The position numbers were made by a program, and so were the translations under genes. From positions 1-64,000 of IMG/VR virus record IMGVR_UViG_3300035126_000631: a stretch of 64,000 nucleotides of DNA; one strand, written 5' to 3'. Below the pieces are notes generated by a model. The model did no database searches. It saw nothing but the letters and a program-made list of their open reading frames with translations, and was not told the DNA's origin. This stretch comes from a virus. Positions 63,761 to 64,000 of this stretch are shown here, one piece after another; the first letter of the stretch is position 1; each line of letters opens with the position of its first letter.

Positions 63761-64000
63761 GCGGTGTGTCATCTTGCGTAAAACTCTGACGGGCAGAGGA
63801 ATAAACATTATCAAATTAGGTCTCGACCCAATTCTACCCAGCTTTTTAATTCGATGTCTTTGATTTTAGTGAAATCCGGCATTCAACCGCCGGCCGGCTC
63901 GATCCAACGCTACGGTGCTTGGTGGCCGCAGCACACCGCTGACTGGGCGATTGAGTTGTTTTGTTTCCGTGGGATGGACACCGCGGGGATGGATGTTCTT

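Noticed and set aside
63740-63800. Complete tRNA gene next to the integrase
   Set aside because: Only the T-loop and 3' acceptor strand are present, and the upstream sequence cannot form the cloverleaf.
1-64000. Stop-codon reassignment
   Set aside because: Coding density is high under the standard code, and TAA, TAG and TGA all end well-supported genes.

Overview
The window looks like most of the genome of a GC-rich, temperate, podovirus-like tailed phage. A Verrucomicrobia-like freshwater host is a guess from the gene types and is not proven. The + strand from 1 to 33.1 kb carries tail-fibre genes, a lysis cassette (holin-like genes, a lipoprotein and a CHAP endolysin), scaffold, major capsid, tail nozzle, a second fibre cluster, a 1196-aa adaptor-like protein built from 104-aa tandem repeats, and ejected internal virion proteins including a 3361-aa polyvalent-type protein. 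The - strand from 33.1 to 48.6 kb is a dense accessory/early gene array with strong AGAAAGGA ribosome-binding sites. It includes a dual-frame C5 DNA methyltransferase, an HhH glycosylase and a GATase plus amidoligase pair. The 48.6-51 kb segment holds a TerS-like gene, small RNAs/ORFs and an iteron-rich origin-like region. The - strand from 51 to 63.6 kb holds primase-helicase, a family A DNA polymerase split by two inserted genes, an SSB-like gene, a helicase fused to a Cas4-like nuclease, a resolvase, RHH/HTH regulators and a tyrosine integrase beside a tRNA-like attP core. No portal or large terminase was recognised in the window. The most unusual signals are two dispersed intergenic repeat families (a GTCCGG-N3-YCGGAC palindrome and a sense-oriented TAATAACTCCAC motif), the split polymerase, the 312-bp tandem-repeat adaptor, the anticodon-less tRNA-like RNA, the two-frame methyltransferase and possible out-of-frame genes nested in the giant virion protein. 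All functional calls come from motifs recognised by eye; no database searches were run.
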